From Polyangiaceae bacterium (GTDB lineage: Bacteria > Myxococcota_A > Polyangia > Polyangiales > Polyangiaceae), in assembly GCA_965222375.1 (NCBI GenBank), contig CBDCTZ010000015.1, positions 384,001-448,000 on the forward strand: a DNA stretch of 64,000 nt, read 5' to 3'. The translations under genes and the position numbers were made by a program. Positions within the stretch are counted from its first letter, which is position 1. Each line of letters opens with the position of its first letter. The notes below the pieces were generated by a model. It was not told the DNA's origin. It saw nothing but the letters and a program-made list of their open reading frames with translations, and did no database searches. Positions 39,352 through 49,082 of the stretch are shown piece by piece.

Positions 39352-41622
39352 ATGCGGCGCTGGGGAGTTCTCGTGGTGACGGTCACGCTGGTCGGGTGCG
39401 GCGACGGTGAGAGCGATGAATTCGTCGCGGATGAACCCATGCCGGAGCGAGTCGACTTGTTCTCGGCCATCGACCCTCGCATTGGCACTGGCGGAATTGG
39501 GTTCGGGGTCGGTTCGACGTACCCGGGGCCAGCGCTGCCCTTTGCGATGATTCATCCGAGCCCGGACACTCGCACCCAAAACGGCGCGCTGAGTTTCTAC
39601 CACTGCGCCGGCTACTACGCCGACGACCCGATCATCGGCGGGTTTTCATTGTTGCACTTTGAGGGCACCGGCGTGCCAGATTACGGCACCGTTGGCCTGA
39701 TGCCGACGCTGGACATGACGGAGGCCAAGCGCGCTCAGGTCGGACACATGCGCGCCTTCGACAAGGAGAGCGAAGTCGCACTGCCCGGGTACTACTCGGT
39801 GACCCTGGACGACGGGATCAAGGTCGAGATCACTTCAGCACGACGAGCCGCGTTGTTCCGCTTCACGTTTCCGAGCAGCGGACAGCCCGTCTTGCTGCTC
39901 GACTTGACTCACCGCCTCGAGGGCACGATCCCCGCTGCAGATATCAGCCTCGATCCGCAAGGCAGCTTTGACGCTCACGTTCGGCACATGGGCAATATGA
40001 GCGGTGGCGCGGGCGGCTACGATGTGTATTCCCGAGGCATCGTCGACGTGAAACCGGCGAAGCTGGGCACCTTCGATGGCACAGGCCTCGCGGCGGGCAG
40101 CATGAGTGTGGCGGGAGATCCCAGCGGCACGTCTGGCGGGAGCCCCGGCGCGGAATCGCCCCTGGGCGCCTGGCTCGAGTTTCCACCGGGCACGAAGGAA
40201 GTCACGTTGCGAGTGAGCGTGAGCTTCGTGGACGCGAGCGGGGCCAGGAAGAACCTGGACGCCGAGGCGCCCGACTTCGATTTTGCGAAGATGCGCACTG
40301 CCGCCGAGAACACCTGGCGAAGCGTGATGGATCGCGTGGAGATCCATGGCGCCAACGACTACGACACTACGCTGCAGGCGACGGCGCTGTACCACTCGGC
40401 ACTCATGCCCACGCTGACGAGCGACGTGGATGGGCGCTTCATCAACGCCATGGGCGATGTCAGCACCGGTGAGCGCGAGCGCTACAACGATTTCTCGCTC
40501 TGGGACACCTACCGCACCCTGCACCCATGGTGGATGCTGCTCGAAGACGAACGCAACGAAGCGTTCGTGGCGTCTCTCGTGGACATGGCTGCTGAGGGGG
40601 GCGCGGTGCCCGTGTGGGGGATCGGTCACGGGGATTCGAAGACCATGATTGGCTCACCGGGCGAAATCGTGCTCAGTGAAGCGGCCCAGAAGGGCGTACC
40701 CTTCGACGACGAACAGGCGGCCTACGCGCTGGCACGAGTCGCGGCTTACGCTGCGTCCCCAGGCCCAGTGGGTGGACGCGACGCAGACTTGCCGGAGTAC
40801 TTGAAGCTTGGCTATGTACCGCAGGAAGCCACGAACGGCTCCGTCTCGAAAACACAGGAGTACGCGGTCGCCGACGCAGCACTAGCCCAATGGGCGAAGC
40901 GGCTCGGCATCGACGCGGATGCAGAAGAGCTGGGCACGCGCGGTAAGAACTATGCGGCGGTCTACGATTCTGAAACGGGCTTCTTCAGCGCCCGGCGGGC
41001 GGACGGCAGCTTTGCACCCATGGGCGCCCCCGGCGACATGAGCGACCACTATGTCGAGGGCAACGCTTGGCATTACTTGTGGATGGCGCCGCATGATCCC
41101 GATGGCCTAGCGGAAACCCTCGGCGGCATGGCGGTAGCCTTGGAGCGCTTGCGGGAGTTCTTCGCCGAGTCCAAAGAGGAAACGGCTCTGATTGGCGTGC
41201 GTAAACACTACTGGCCATCGAATGAGCCGGACATCAATGCGCCGTTCTTGTTTGCAGCCTGGGGCAGCCCCCACGAAACCTACGACGCCGTGGATTGGAT
41301 CGTCAGCGAGCTCTATGGCGTTGGCGTCGACGGAATTCCCGGAAACGACGACGGCGGCACGATGAGCGCATGGCTACTGCTCGCAGGCGCCGGGCTCTAT
41401 CCCGTATCGGGCACGGACCGCTACATCGTTTCGGTACCACGCTACCGGCGCATGGTGCTGAAGCGCGCGGGTGGGGATCTCGTGATTGAAACGAACCGCG
41501 CGCCCGCCGTGGGTCTGAAAGTGAAGCGTGTTAGCATCGACGGCAAGCGGGTGAGAGGCACGACCGTAACCCACGGCGAGCTTTCTGGTTCGCGGTTATT
41601 GCGGGTTGAACTCAGTAAGTAG
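39352..41622 (+). CDS. GH92 glycoside hydrolase (alpha-mannosidase family) lipoprotein
   Basis: LVGC, DPRIGT, PFAMIHPSPDT, PGYYSV, SLWDTYR, VSKTQEY, EGNAWHY, NEP, PGNDDGGTMSAW. Confidence 0.92.
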   Translation: MRRWGVLVVTVTLVGCGDGESDEFVADEPMPERVDLFSAIDPRIGTGGIGFGVGSTYPGPALPFAMIHPSPDTRTQNGALSFYHCAGYYADDPIIGGFSLLHFEGTGVPDYGTVGLMPTLDMTEAKRAQVGHMRAFDKESEVALPGYYSVTLDDGIKVEITSARRAALFRFTFPSSGQPVLLLDLTHRLEGTIPAADISLDPQGSFDAHVRHMGNMSGGAGGYDVYSRGIVDVKPAKLGTFDGTGLAAGSMSVAGDPSGTSGGSPGAESPLGAWLEFPPGTKEVTLRVSVSFVDASGARKNLDAEAPDFDFAKMRTAAENTWRSVMDRVEIHGANDYDTTLQATALYHSALMPTLTSDVDGRFINAMGDVSTGERERYNDFSLWDTYRTLHPWWMLLEDERNEAFVASLVDMAAEGGAVPVWGIGHGDSKTMIGSPGEIVLSEAAQKGVPFDDEQAAYALARVAAYAASPGPVGGRDADLPEYLKLGYVPQEATNGSVSKTQEYAVADAALAQWAKRLGIDADAEELGTRGKNYAAVYDSETGFFSARRADGSFAPMGAPGDMSDHYVEGNAWHYLWMAPHDPDGLAETLGGMAVALERLREFFAESKEETALIGVRKHYWPSNEPDINAPFLFAAWGSPHETYDAVDWIVSELYGVGVDGIPGNDDGGTMSAWLLLAGAGLYPVSGTDRYIVSVPRYRRMVLKRAGGDLVIETNRAPAVGLKVKRVSIDGKRVRGTTVTHGELSGSRLLRVELSK

Positions 41623-41639
41623 CGCACGACGGGCAAGGT

Positions 41640-42056
41640 ATGCGAGTCAACAACATTGCGATAGTGGCAGCGCTTGGCGCCATCGTCATCGTTTGTGGCG
41701 TCTTGGGCTTGCTGCTGTTCAACCTGCCAAGCGCGAGCGACGAAGTGCGCCCCGCCGCAACGCGCTTCTTGACCGAAGTTCGCAGTGGACAACGCGAGGC
41801 ATATACGACAGCAGCGAGAGAGTTCGACCCGACGTCCGCGTCGTCCAAGCCGGTGCTGGAGTGGATTCGCGAAAGCTCGGGCGTTGACTTCAGAAACGCG
41901 TCCATCGGTTCGGGCAGGGCCTGCATGACGGCTGATTTGCTGCCAGGCAAGACCCATTTCGCCATGCGCCTCGTGCGCGAAGCAGATCAATGGAAGGTTG
42001 CAGAGATCGCCAACCGCCCCGAGGCAATCAAGACGTGCGAGAACGTCGATCGTTGA
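41640..42056 (+). CDS. Small membrane-anchored hypothetical protein
   Basis: N-terminal TM; follows GH92 gene. Confidence 0.6.
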   Translation: MRVNNIAIVAALGAIVIVCGVLGLLLFNLPSASDEVRPAATRFLTEVRSGQREAYTTAAREFDPTSASSKPVLEWIRESSGVDFRNASIGSGRACMTADLLPGKTHFAMRLVREADQWKVAEIANRPEAIKTCENVDR

Positions 42057-42173
42057 CCCCACACTGGCTCCCCGATTCCAGCCGGACTCCGTGTTGAACC
42101 CGGCGATTGGGCGCCCTGGGGACCATGTCCGAATCCGGCTCATTTGAGTTCACCAAGGCGCTACACTGCCCTG

Positions 42174-43598
42174 GTGACGCTGAGTTTCAAGCAGTGTGAG
42201 CGGGCGCGCCGAGCGCGGGACCCCCGCTACGACGGTCGCTTCTTCATCGCCGTGAAGACGACGGGGATCTATTGCCGCCCCGTGTGCCCTGCGCCGCAAC
42301 CCAAGACCCGCAACGTCGAGTATTTTCCATCTGCCGCGCTGGCGGCCCAAGCCGGCTACCGCCCGTGTCTGCGCTGCCGACCTGAGACAGCTCCGCAAAG
42401 CCCCAGCTGGCAGGGCACGGTCACGACCGTCAAGCGCGCGGTGCGCTTGATTCACGAGGGAGAGCTGGCAGATCAATCCCTCGCATCTTTCGCGGAGCGG
42501 CTCGGCGTCAGCGATCGGCATTTGCGTCGCTTATTCGATGCCCACGTAGGAGTGTCGCCTCAGGCCTACGCACTGAATCATCGCTTGTTGTTCGCAAAGC
42601 AGTTGCTCGGCGAAACGCGGCTACCGGTGATCGACGTGGCGATCGCGAGCGGATTTTCGTCTCGACGGCGCTTCAACGACGCGTTCCAGCGCCAGTTTGC
42701 TCTCACGCCGCTGCAAATCCGCAAGACTCGCACGCCCGACGATAGCGGCTGCCGCGTCAAGTTGCGCTACCGGCCCCCCTTCGACTTTCGGCAGATGTTG
42801 AGGTTCCTTCGAACCCGCGCCGTGGCTGGCGTCGAGGCCGTCGCTGAGGAAAGCTACTGCCGAAGCTTCGAGTTGGGCGGGCAGCGTGGCTGGTTTTCCC
42901 TCGAGCGGAGCTCGTCGGACAACGCGCTCATGGCCACGGTCCATTGCGACGACCCGCGCTCGTTCTTGCCGGTCGTGCAGCGGATTCGACAGGTGTTCGA
43001 CTTGGACGCTTCGCCCACGGAGATCAGCCGTGCTCTGCGAAAGGACCAGCGGCTGAAAGCCCTGGCGCCAAAGCCCGCAGCGCTACGCCTGCCCGGGATC
43101 TGGAGCGAATTCGAAGCGCTGGTGCGAGCCATGGTGGGCCAACAGATCAGCGTCAAGGGCGCTCGCACCATCTTGTCGCGCCTTTGCGACAAGTTTGGCC
43201 GACCCTTTGCAGCCGGTCCTCGGCTCTGCCGCACGTTCCCCTCGCCCGACGCCTTGGCCGCAGCAAGCTTTACGGACACTGGGCTGACTCATGCCCGAGC
43301 ACGCTGGATTCGCGGCGTTGCCGAGCGCTACGCCGACGGCTTCACCGCGGGCGACGGCGACCTGGACGCCCGAGTGAAAAGGCTGTGCTCCTTGCCGGGC
43401 GTCGGTCCCTGGACAGCCCACTACACCTGCATTCGGGCGCTGCAGGAAAGCGACGCGTTCCCGGCATCGGACCTCGGGATCTACAAGGCGTTGAAATTGA
43501 AGAAGGGCACGCCGCAGCAGACCGAAGCCATCGCCGAGGCTTGGCGGCCTTGGCGCGCCTACGCAGTCATGGGTCTGTGGCAGTCATTGGGAGAATGA
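42174..43598 (+). CDS. alkA: Ada-AlkA fusion (Ada Zn-binding, AraC HTH, DNA-3-methyladenine glycosylase II)
   Basis: TTGIYCRPVCPA, RPCLRCRP, GQQIS, LPGVGPWTA, DAFPASD, WRPWRAYA. Confidence 0.93.
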   Translation: MTLSFKQCERARRARDPRYDGRFFIAVKTTGIYCRPVCPAPQPKTRNVEYFPSAALAAQAGYRPCLRCRPETAPQSPSWQGTVTTVKRAVRLIHEGELADQSLASFAERLGVSDRHLRRLFDAHVGVSPQAYALNHRLLFAKQLLGETRLPVIDVAIASGFSSRRRFNDAFQRQFALTPLQIRKTRTPDDSGCRVKLRYRPPFDFRQMLRFLRTRAVAGVEAVAEESYCRSFELGGQRGWFSLERSSSDNALMATVHCDDPRSFLPVVQRIRQVFDLDASPTEISRALRKDQRLKALAPKPAALRLPGIWSEFEALVRAMVGQQISVKGARTILSRLCDKFGRPFAAGPRLCRTFPSPDALAAASFTDTGLTHARARWIRGVAERYADGFTAGDGDLDARVKRLCSLPGVGPWTAHYTCIRALQESDAFPASDLGIYKALKLKKGTPQQTEAIAEAWRPWRAYAVMGLWQSLGE

Positions 43599-44089
43599 GC
43601 ATGTACTACGATGAATGGAACACACCTTTGGGCCGCGTCATGGCGGTCGCCAGCGACAAGGGGCTCGTGCAGTTCGGCCTGCAACAGTCCAAGAAGCCTC
43701 TGAAGAAGAAGTCAGACTGGCGGCATGACCCGAGCAAGCTGGCGGAAGTGAAACGACAGTTCACGGAGTACTGTGCAGGCAAGCGACAGCGTTTCAACCT
43801 GCGCCTTGACATGCGCGGCACGGACTTCCAGCGCCAGGTGTGGCGGGCCCTGCAGCGCATTCCCTTCGGGAAAACGGCGGCCTACGGAGACATCGCCAAT
43901 GCGATCAACAACCCCAGGGCCGTACGCGCCGTTGGTGCCGCGAACGGTCGGAACCCGGTTTGGGTGATCGTGCCGTGCCACCGCATCATCGGCAAAGACG
44001 GCAGCATGACCGGCTACGGAGGGGGCATCGCTCTCAAGCGGCGCTTGCTCGAGCACGAGCAGAGCGTCGCTTCGGCGCAGGCCAGGTAG
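43595..44089 (+). CDS. ogt: Methylated-DNA--protein-cysteine methyltransferase
   Basis: GTDFQRQVW, RAVG, VPCHRII, GYGGG; ATGA overlap. Confidence 0.95.
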   Translation: MSMYYDEWNTPLGRVMAVASDKGLVQFGLQQSKKPLKKKSDWRHDPSKLAEVKRQFTEYCAGKRQRFNLRLDMRGTDFQRQVWRALQRIPFGKTAAYGDIANAINNPRAVRAVGAANGRNPVWVIVPCHRIIGKDGSMTGYGGGIALKRRLLEHEQSVASAQAR

Positions 44090-44094
44090 AGCGA

Positions 44095-45156
44095 TCAACT
44101 CGCCCTGCGTACGGGGCGCCCCAAGGGCGGTTCGAGCTCTGCGCCGCCAGCGCTCCTCCAAAGCTCTGCCGTGGTGGCCCATACACCCACGCGTACGGTA
44201 CCGCGATACGGGTCGTCGGGCTCGAGTTCCTCCATCAACGCAGCATGTACCTGGGACAGGCCATGATAGGGCAGCTCCGGCAACAAGTGATGAAGCGCGT
44301 GGTAGCGGGTGCCCACAGGCGTCATCCACCCGGTCGTCCACGTGCTGCCGAGTAGCGTAGCGCTATCGTCGATTTGCTTGGAGAACGACATGGGGCCTCC
44401 TCCTTCGTTCACGTAGAAGTGGCTCACGAGAGTGCGCACCTGATTCAGCGCCAGAGCCAAGGCGAGCATGACCCAGTAGCCAAGCAGCACGCGAAGCGGC
44501 AGCGCGCCGCTCAAAGCCAAACCAGCTACGCTCCAAACGAAGCTCGTCGTTGCGGCCTCTTGCAGCCAAATCCGCCGTCGCTCGTGGCGCCGCGGCATGG
44601 GTCGTCGATATGCTGTATTGGTGACCATCGCGGAACACCGCTCCACGACGAAACGCCGAAGCGGCGGGAACAGAAAGGACAGCGGGCCCAGCACTCCCCA
44701 ACGCAGCACCAGCAGAGACGGCACGATCACGAGCTCGAGCACGGACGCCACCAGCTTGGCCCGCGACCATGTTGGAACATCTGCGTACTCGGGGTCGCCG
44801 TCGGTCCCGTAGGTCGCACGGCTGTGGTGAGCGACGTGGGAGTCGATCATCAGACTGGGCAGTAACGCGGGGATCCCGATCAGGATGTGCCACGCGATAC
44901 TGAAGCCCGGCACGACCCCAGGGCGGAAGTGGGACAGCTCGTGAATGAAGTACGTGGCGCGCCAGAGCAGGAGCGCACTGCCAAAGATAGCCGGCACTGA
45001 CAGGAGGATTGGCGTCGCAGGAGCGACCGCAAGCGTAAGCAACGCCCAGCCCGCCACCGCGCTAGCGGTCATGTCCGTCCAATAGACCCAAGGGCGCGGC
45101 ACGAGCTGGGCGGCAAAGCGACGGCGCAACCCCGCAACATCCGACGTCGAGAGCAT
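44095..45156 (-). CDS. Fatty acid desaturase family protein
   Basis: His boxes HELSH, HVAHH, YHALHH; TM segments. Confidence 0.88.
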   Translation of the reverse strand: MLSTSDVAGLRRRFAAQLVPRPWVYWTDMTASAVAGWALLTLAVAPATPILLSVPAIFGSALLLWRATYFIHELSHFRPGVVPGFSIAWHILIGIPALLPSLMIDSHVAHHSRATYGTDGDPEYADVPTWSRAKLVASVLELVIVPSLLVLRWGVLGPLSFLFPPLRRFVVERCSAMVTNTAYRRPMPRRHERRRIWLQEAATTSFVWSVAGLALSGALPLRVLLGYWVMLALALALNQVRTLVSHFYVNEGGGPMSFSKQIDDSATLLGSTWTTGWMTPVGTRYHALHHLLPELPYHGLSQVHAALMEELEPDDPYRGTVRVGVWATTAELWRSAGGAELEPPLGRPVRRAS

Positions 45157-45270
45157 GTTCTGACGCTAGCGGTCGAGCAGCGACCGAGCATTGACCTGAC
45201 GCGCCGGGCCGTTGACCCACTGCGCCGCGTTGACGCGCCGCGCTAGCAGGAGGCACCCTAGGGCCCGGCG

Positions 45271-46275
45271 ATGGAGCGATGGATATCGGCCCTGTGGACC
45301 GAGCGCCTGATCGAGGTGGCCAAGGGTAGAGGCATCGACACCGCTCCGCTCTGGAATATGTCGGGACTCGCGCCGGGTAGCCCTGCGGACGCCCGAGTGT
45401 CTGACGCAGTGCATCTCGCCCTATGGGACGAGGTAATCCGTCAGAGCGACGCAAGCTTCGCGATTACCTATGCCCGCAGCATGCGCCTCGACGACTACGA
45501 GGCCCTAGGCCTGGCGTGCAAGACCGCTGAAGACCTCGGCGCCGCGCTGGAGCGTCTGGCTCGCTACCTGGCGCTGTGGACCAATGCCGTGGATTTTCAG
45601 TTCGAGCAGGAGGGCGAGAGTGCCCGAGTCGTGCTCAGGCGCGCCGGCGCTACTACGCCGGGTTATCGCGCAGCGATGGAGTCATCCGTCGCCGAACTCG
45701 CCAGCAGCATTCGCTCGCTTGCGGCAGCGCCCATCGACATGAGCACAGTGAGCTTTGCGCATCCTGCGCCTTCCGATCTCGCGGCCCATCGCGAGCATTT
45801 CCAATGCAAGCTGCGGTTCAACGCCACGGAATACAGCATCGCGCTGCCGCCCAGCAGCCTGAAGACACGCCTGCGCCTCGCGGACCCGGGGCTGTCGCAA
45901 TTCATGCTGGCTCATCTCGAGGAGCGCGCGGCGGCGGCGGCAGGCGACGCCTCTTTGCTCGCTGACGTCGGCGACGCCATCAGCCGCGAGCTGCCCAGTG
46001 GCCCGCCTCACGTCAAACGAGTGGCCGCCCGGCTAGGATTGAGTCCTCGCACACTTCAGCGGCGCCTGCGCGAGAGCGAAACCAGCTTTCAAACCGTCGT
46101 CACGGAGACACGCCAAGTACTTGCGCGACAAATGCTCTTGGGCACGACGCACTCGCTCCCAGAAATCGGGTTCCTGCTCGGTTTCTCCGAACCCAGCGCT
46201 TTTCACCGCGCGTTCCGCCGCTGGTTTGGGGTCACCCCGGCGGCGTTTCGCAAAAGCGGCGGCGCGCTCCCCTGA
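45271..46275 (+). CDS. AraC family transcriptional regulator
   Basis: LSPRTLQRRL, LLGFSEPSAFHRAFRRW; divergent from desaturase. Confidence 0.92.
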   Translation: MERWISALWTERLIEVAKGRGIDTAPLWNMSGLAPGSPADARVSDAVHLALWDEVIRQSDASFAITYARSMRLDDYEALGLACKTAEDLGAALERLARYLALWTNAVDFQFEQEGESARVVLRRAGATTPGYRAAMESSVAELASSIRSLAAAPIDMSTVSFAHPAPSDLAAHREHFQCKLRFNATEYSIALPPSSLKTRLRLADPGLSQFMLAHLEERAAAAAGDASLLADVGDAISRELPSGPPHVKRVAARLGLSPRTLQRRLRESETSFQTVVTETRQVLARQMLLGTTHSLPEIGFLLGFSEPSAFHRAFRRWFGVTPAAFRKSGGALP

Positions 46276-46300
46276 ACGCGGCGCACGGCCTCGAGCGAGC

Positions 46301-46687
46301 TCACTTGATCTTGCTGCATATCTTGCCAGGTCCGTCGTGGATCATACTGCACTCCATTCCATCAGGACACGAGTCGCCCTTGCCACAAGGCACCCAACAC
46401 TCCTTGCGCCCGGAGCCCGGCGCACGACCCACAACGTAAATGCACTTTTCCGGCGCCTTGCACACGGAGTCTCCACAGGTCTCCTCGGCTGGCTCCGCAA
46501 CAGGCTCCACGGGTGCCTCGGGCTTGGGCTCGGGCGCGGATTCGGGCTCGGGCTCAACGGCGGGTTCTTCTGCGGGCACCTCGCTGGGAGGTGGGGCGGA
46601 AACCTCCGGCGGCGTCTCCGGTGGAGCTTGGCCAGCGCCACCGCAACTGACAACCCATAGGCAGAACGCTAGAGTGCAGATCTTCAT
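46301..46687 (-). CDS. Small Pro/Glu-rich lipoprotein with Cys-rich C-terminus
   Basis: Lipobox VVSC, EP repeats, Cys-rich domain. Confidence 0.75.
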   Translation of the reverse strand: MKICTLAFCLWVVSCGGAGQAPPETPPEVSAPPPSEVPAEEPAVEPEPESAPEPKPEAPVEPVAEPAEETCGDSVCKAPEKCIYVVGRAPGSGRKECWVPCGKGDSCPDGMECSMIHDGPGKICSKIK

Positions 46688-46743
46688 GCGTCAGAGCATA
46701 CACGGCATCGGCCCGAATGGCGCGTACGACGCCGGACTCGGGC

Positions 46744-46905
46744 TCAGGGATGCAAGTCCTCGCAGGCGCACAGCACGCGACGGATCAAGCGGTAGTTCTC
46801 CTCGTATTGTGCGTTGGAATGCCGCACAGCGAAGTAGGCCTCGCTGTTGAAAGCCGCTCTCCAGTCGTAGTTCTCAGCGGAGCTGTACCAAACTTGGGTC
46901 CGACT
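46744..46905 (-). pseudogene. 3' remnant of a paralog of gene 59249..60445
   Basis: Reads AYFAVRHSNAQYEENYRLIRRVLCACEDLHP*; 25/31 identical to that gene's C-terminus; in-frame stop upstream. Confidence 0.8.
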
Positions 46906-47592
46906 TTAGCGCAGGGAACACAGCGACAATTCGGCCCTCATTGACCGAGCTTTGACAGGGGGAGAGAGGGTCGATAGGGCAGCCGGCACTTGACGTCGCC
47001 GCTCAGCCCACCGCGCTTCGCGAAGGACAAGGTCGCGTTCGACGCAGTGCTCGAGGGAATCAAGCTCATGGTGTGTCCGCACTGCCGTCGCACAACAAGC
47101 TCGGCCTTCTCAGCTCTTGAAGCGACTATCTGCCCGGCTGTTCATGCCGAGACCTGCTTCTGACGCCGCGCTAGTGGATCACTTTTCGTGCATGCAAGTG
47201 GCTCACTTTCTCATGCATGCTCACAGCAAGGCCGCCACCGTCGGGCAAAGTCGTCGCGCTTCCCGTGCTTGGCGGCTTGCACCACGACTACCGACGCGCT
47301 GCTTGAGCACGTGCACGTGACTGCTTGCACCGCGTGCGAAGCCACACGTGCGTCTTTCACCTGGTTGCCCTGCCGCGAATGCTCCCAACAGCGTCGCGAC
47401 CGAGTTGCAGCTGCGCCTGCCCCGTTGTGTCTTGTGCTACTGCTGCTCAGCTGTCCAGAGCACCACGTCATCGAACTGTCCTGAGATGACTTTTTGCGGA
47501 GTACGGACCGCGATGCTTTGGGCGGCGCTTGGGCGCCGGAGCCGAGCTTTCGACGTGCGGTCTACGCTGCGTCTTGCCTAGACTGCTGGCGT

Positions 47593-47841
47593 CTAGCGAG
47601 CGAAGACGTCGTCCAGAGAGTCGAAGGTGATGATGCGCTCTGCGTAACGCTCCAGCTCTTCGATAGAGCTGCTTTGCACACGCGAAGTCTGCTCCGCAGA
47701 GAGAGCCCCAAACTTCAGTGTGAGTAGCTTGAGCACGATCTCGGCTTTGCCTTCGGCCTTGCCTTCGGCTTTGCCTTCAGCTTTGCCTTCGGCCTTGCCT
47801 TCGGCTCGTGCTTCCTGGGTTAGGATCTGTGCTCCAGTCAT
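47593..47841 (-). CDS. Putative gene-internal RpnS small protein (82 aa)
   Basis: In-frame ATG preceded by GGAGG at 8-nt spacing inside rpn. Confidence 0.65.
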   Translation of the reverse strand: MTGAQILTQEARAEGKAEGKAEGKAEGKAEGKAEIVLKLLTLKFGALSAEQTSRVQSSSIEELERYAERIITFDSLDDVFAR

Positions 47842-48591
47842 GAATGCTTCCTCCAGCCTTGGGCCAAGTTGCCGAAACAGTTGCCGGGTCTCCTCGGGTT
47901 TCGTTTCGCTGGTGTGGAGAATATAGCGCACCAGCGCCGCCAATGCCGCTACCCCATTGGGGGCCGTGCTGGCTTGTCGCAACAGCTCCTGCCAGGCCAG
48001 CAACTTCGGCATCAGATCCACCTGTTTGCGCGCCTGGCTGAAGCTCAGCAGCGTCAGCCGGCCCAGCGCCGTCATCACCCGGGACTTGAGCGCCTCGGAC
48101 TCGGCTGCTGACAGGTCGTCCAGCAGGTACTCGAAGCGGGGCAGCAACGGTCGGAGTAGCTTCAAGGTCTCCGGCTCCAAGTCCAGAAGGTCGTGAAACT
48201 GCCGCGGGGCTTTCCAGCCGTCCTCGCTGTGGTGGACCACCATCGGGATGATGGCGGGCAAGAGCTTGGCTTTGGGGTGGTCCTTGAGATAGTCGTCCCA
48301 GAGCCGGACCATGTACGACAGCAGGCGAAAACCCATCAGGTCATCCGACGTGCTCTGGTGTTCCAGAAGCAGATAGAGCACGACCTGTCGCCCGTCGAGT
48401 TTGACCGAAAAGGCCACGTCGGCTCGCCGTCTCGAGTACTCCTCGTCGATGAAGTTTACGTGCAGCTTTTGCAGCGTCTTCCAGTCGATGCGCTTGCTTA
48501 CTTCCGGTGGCAGCAAGTGCTTGAGCTCGCCGACCGCGTTGTCGGGGTCGGAAAACACCAGCTGGAACAAGTCGTCGTGCGGCGTTTTCAT
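47593..48591 (-). CDS. rpn: Rpn (YhgA-like) PD-(D/E)XK nuclease, copy 1
   Basis: PHDDLF, FIDEE..RRADVAFSV, LLEHQS, LPAIIPMVVHH, (AEGK)x5, DUF4351-like tail. Confidence 0.92.
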   Translation of the reverse strand: MKTPHDDLFQLVFSDPDNAVGELKHLLPPEVSKRIDWKTLQKLHVNFIDEEYSRRRADVAFSVKLDGRQVVLYLLLEHQSTSDDLMGFRLLSYMVRLWDDYLKDHPKAKLLPAIIPMVVHHSEDGWKAPRQFHDLLDLEPETLKLLRPLLPRFEYLLDDLSAAESEALKSRVMTALGRLTLLSFSQARKQVDLMPKLLAWQELLRQASTAPNGVAALAALVRYILHTSETKPEETRQLFRQLGPRLEEAFMTGAQILTQEARAEGKAEGKAEGKAEGKAEGKAEIVLKLLTLKFGALSAEQTSRVQSSSIEELERYAERIITFDSLDDVFAR

Positions 48592-49082
48592 GGCCGGACT
48601 CTACACCCCACAGCCACTTTTGCGGTGGGGAGTTCACAGGCTCACCAGGCTGCTCCGCTTCCTGCAACGTCGCACGCGACGAGCACGTTCCGACGGCGGC
48701 TCGACGGCGATGGCTGGCGTCCTGCCCGCCCCAGCGGCCGGGCCTCGCCGAAGGCGCGCACGCCGCCCGCCACGCTCCGCGATGTCGGGCGAGCGGTCCG
48801 GAAGCGGTCGCTGCCGTTTCGGCGGCTGAGCTCCCTCGAGCGTGTCATGCGGCCTGTCCCCCGTCGGGGATTCCCAAGGGTCTCGCGATGGGAGGGCAAG
48901 GCCCAGCCGCTGGGGCGGGCTGGGAGGTATGTCACGGCTCGGCCTATGAGATCAGGCCTGGCTCGGCCAAGCGAACCCACCTGAGTTCGGCCAAACAAAC
49001 CGCGCCTGGCTCGGCCAAACAAACCGCGGCGGGGGCCGAGAGGCACTGGACAAATGTAGAGCATGGCGATGGTCTGGCTGCC

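Noticed and set aside
46945..47490. CPHC-containing fragment and GCATGC/CACGTG palindromes
   Set aside because: Too short and degraded to assign
47740..47806. 12-bp tandem repeats as a CRISPR array (also 54595-54673)
   Set aside because: No spacers; these are coding AEGK repeats of rpn
48930..49030. Spaced ~18-bp repeats as a mini-CRISPR or iterons
   Set aside because: Explained as IS21 terminal transposase-binding repeats mirrored at the right end
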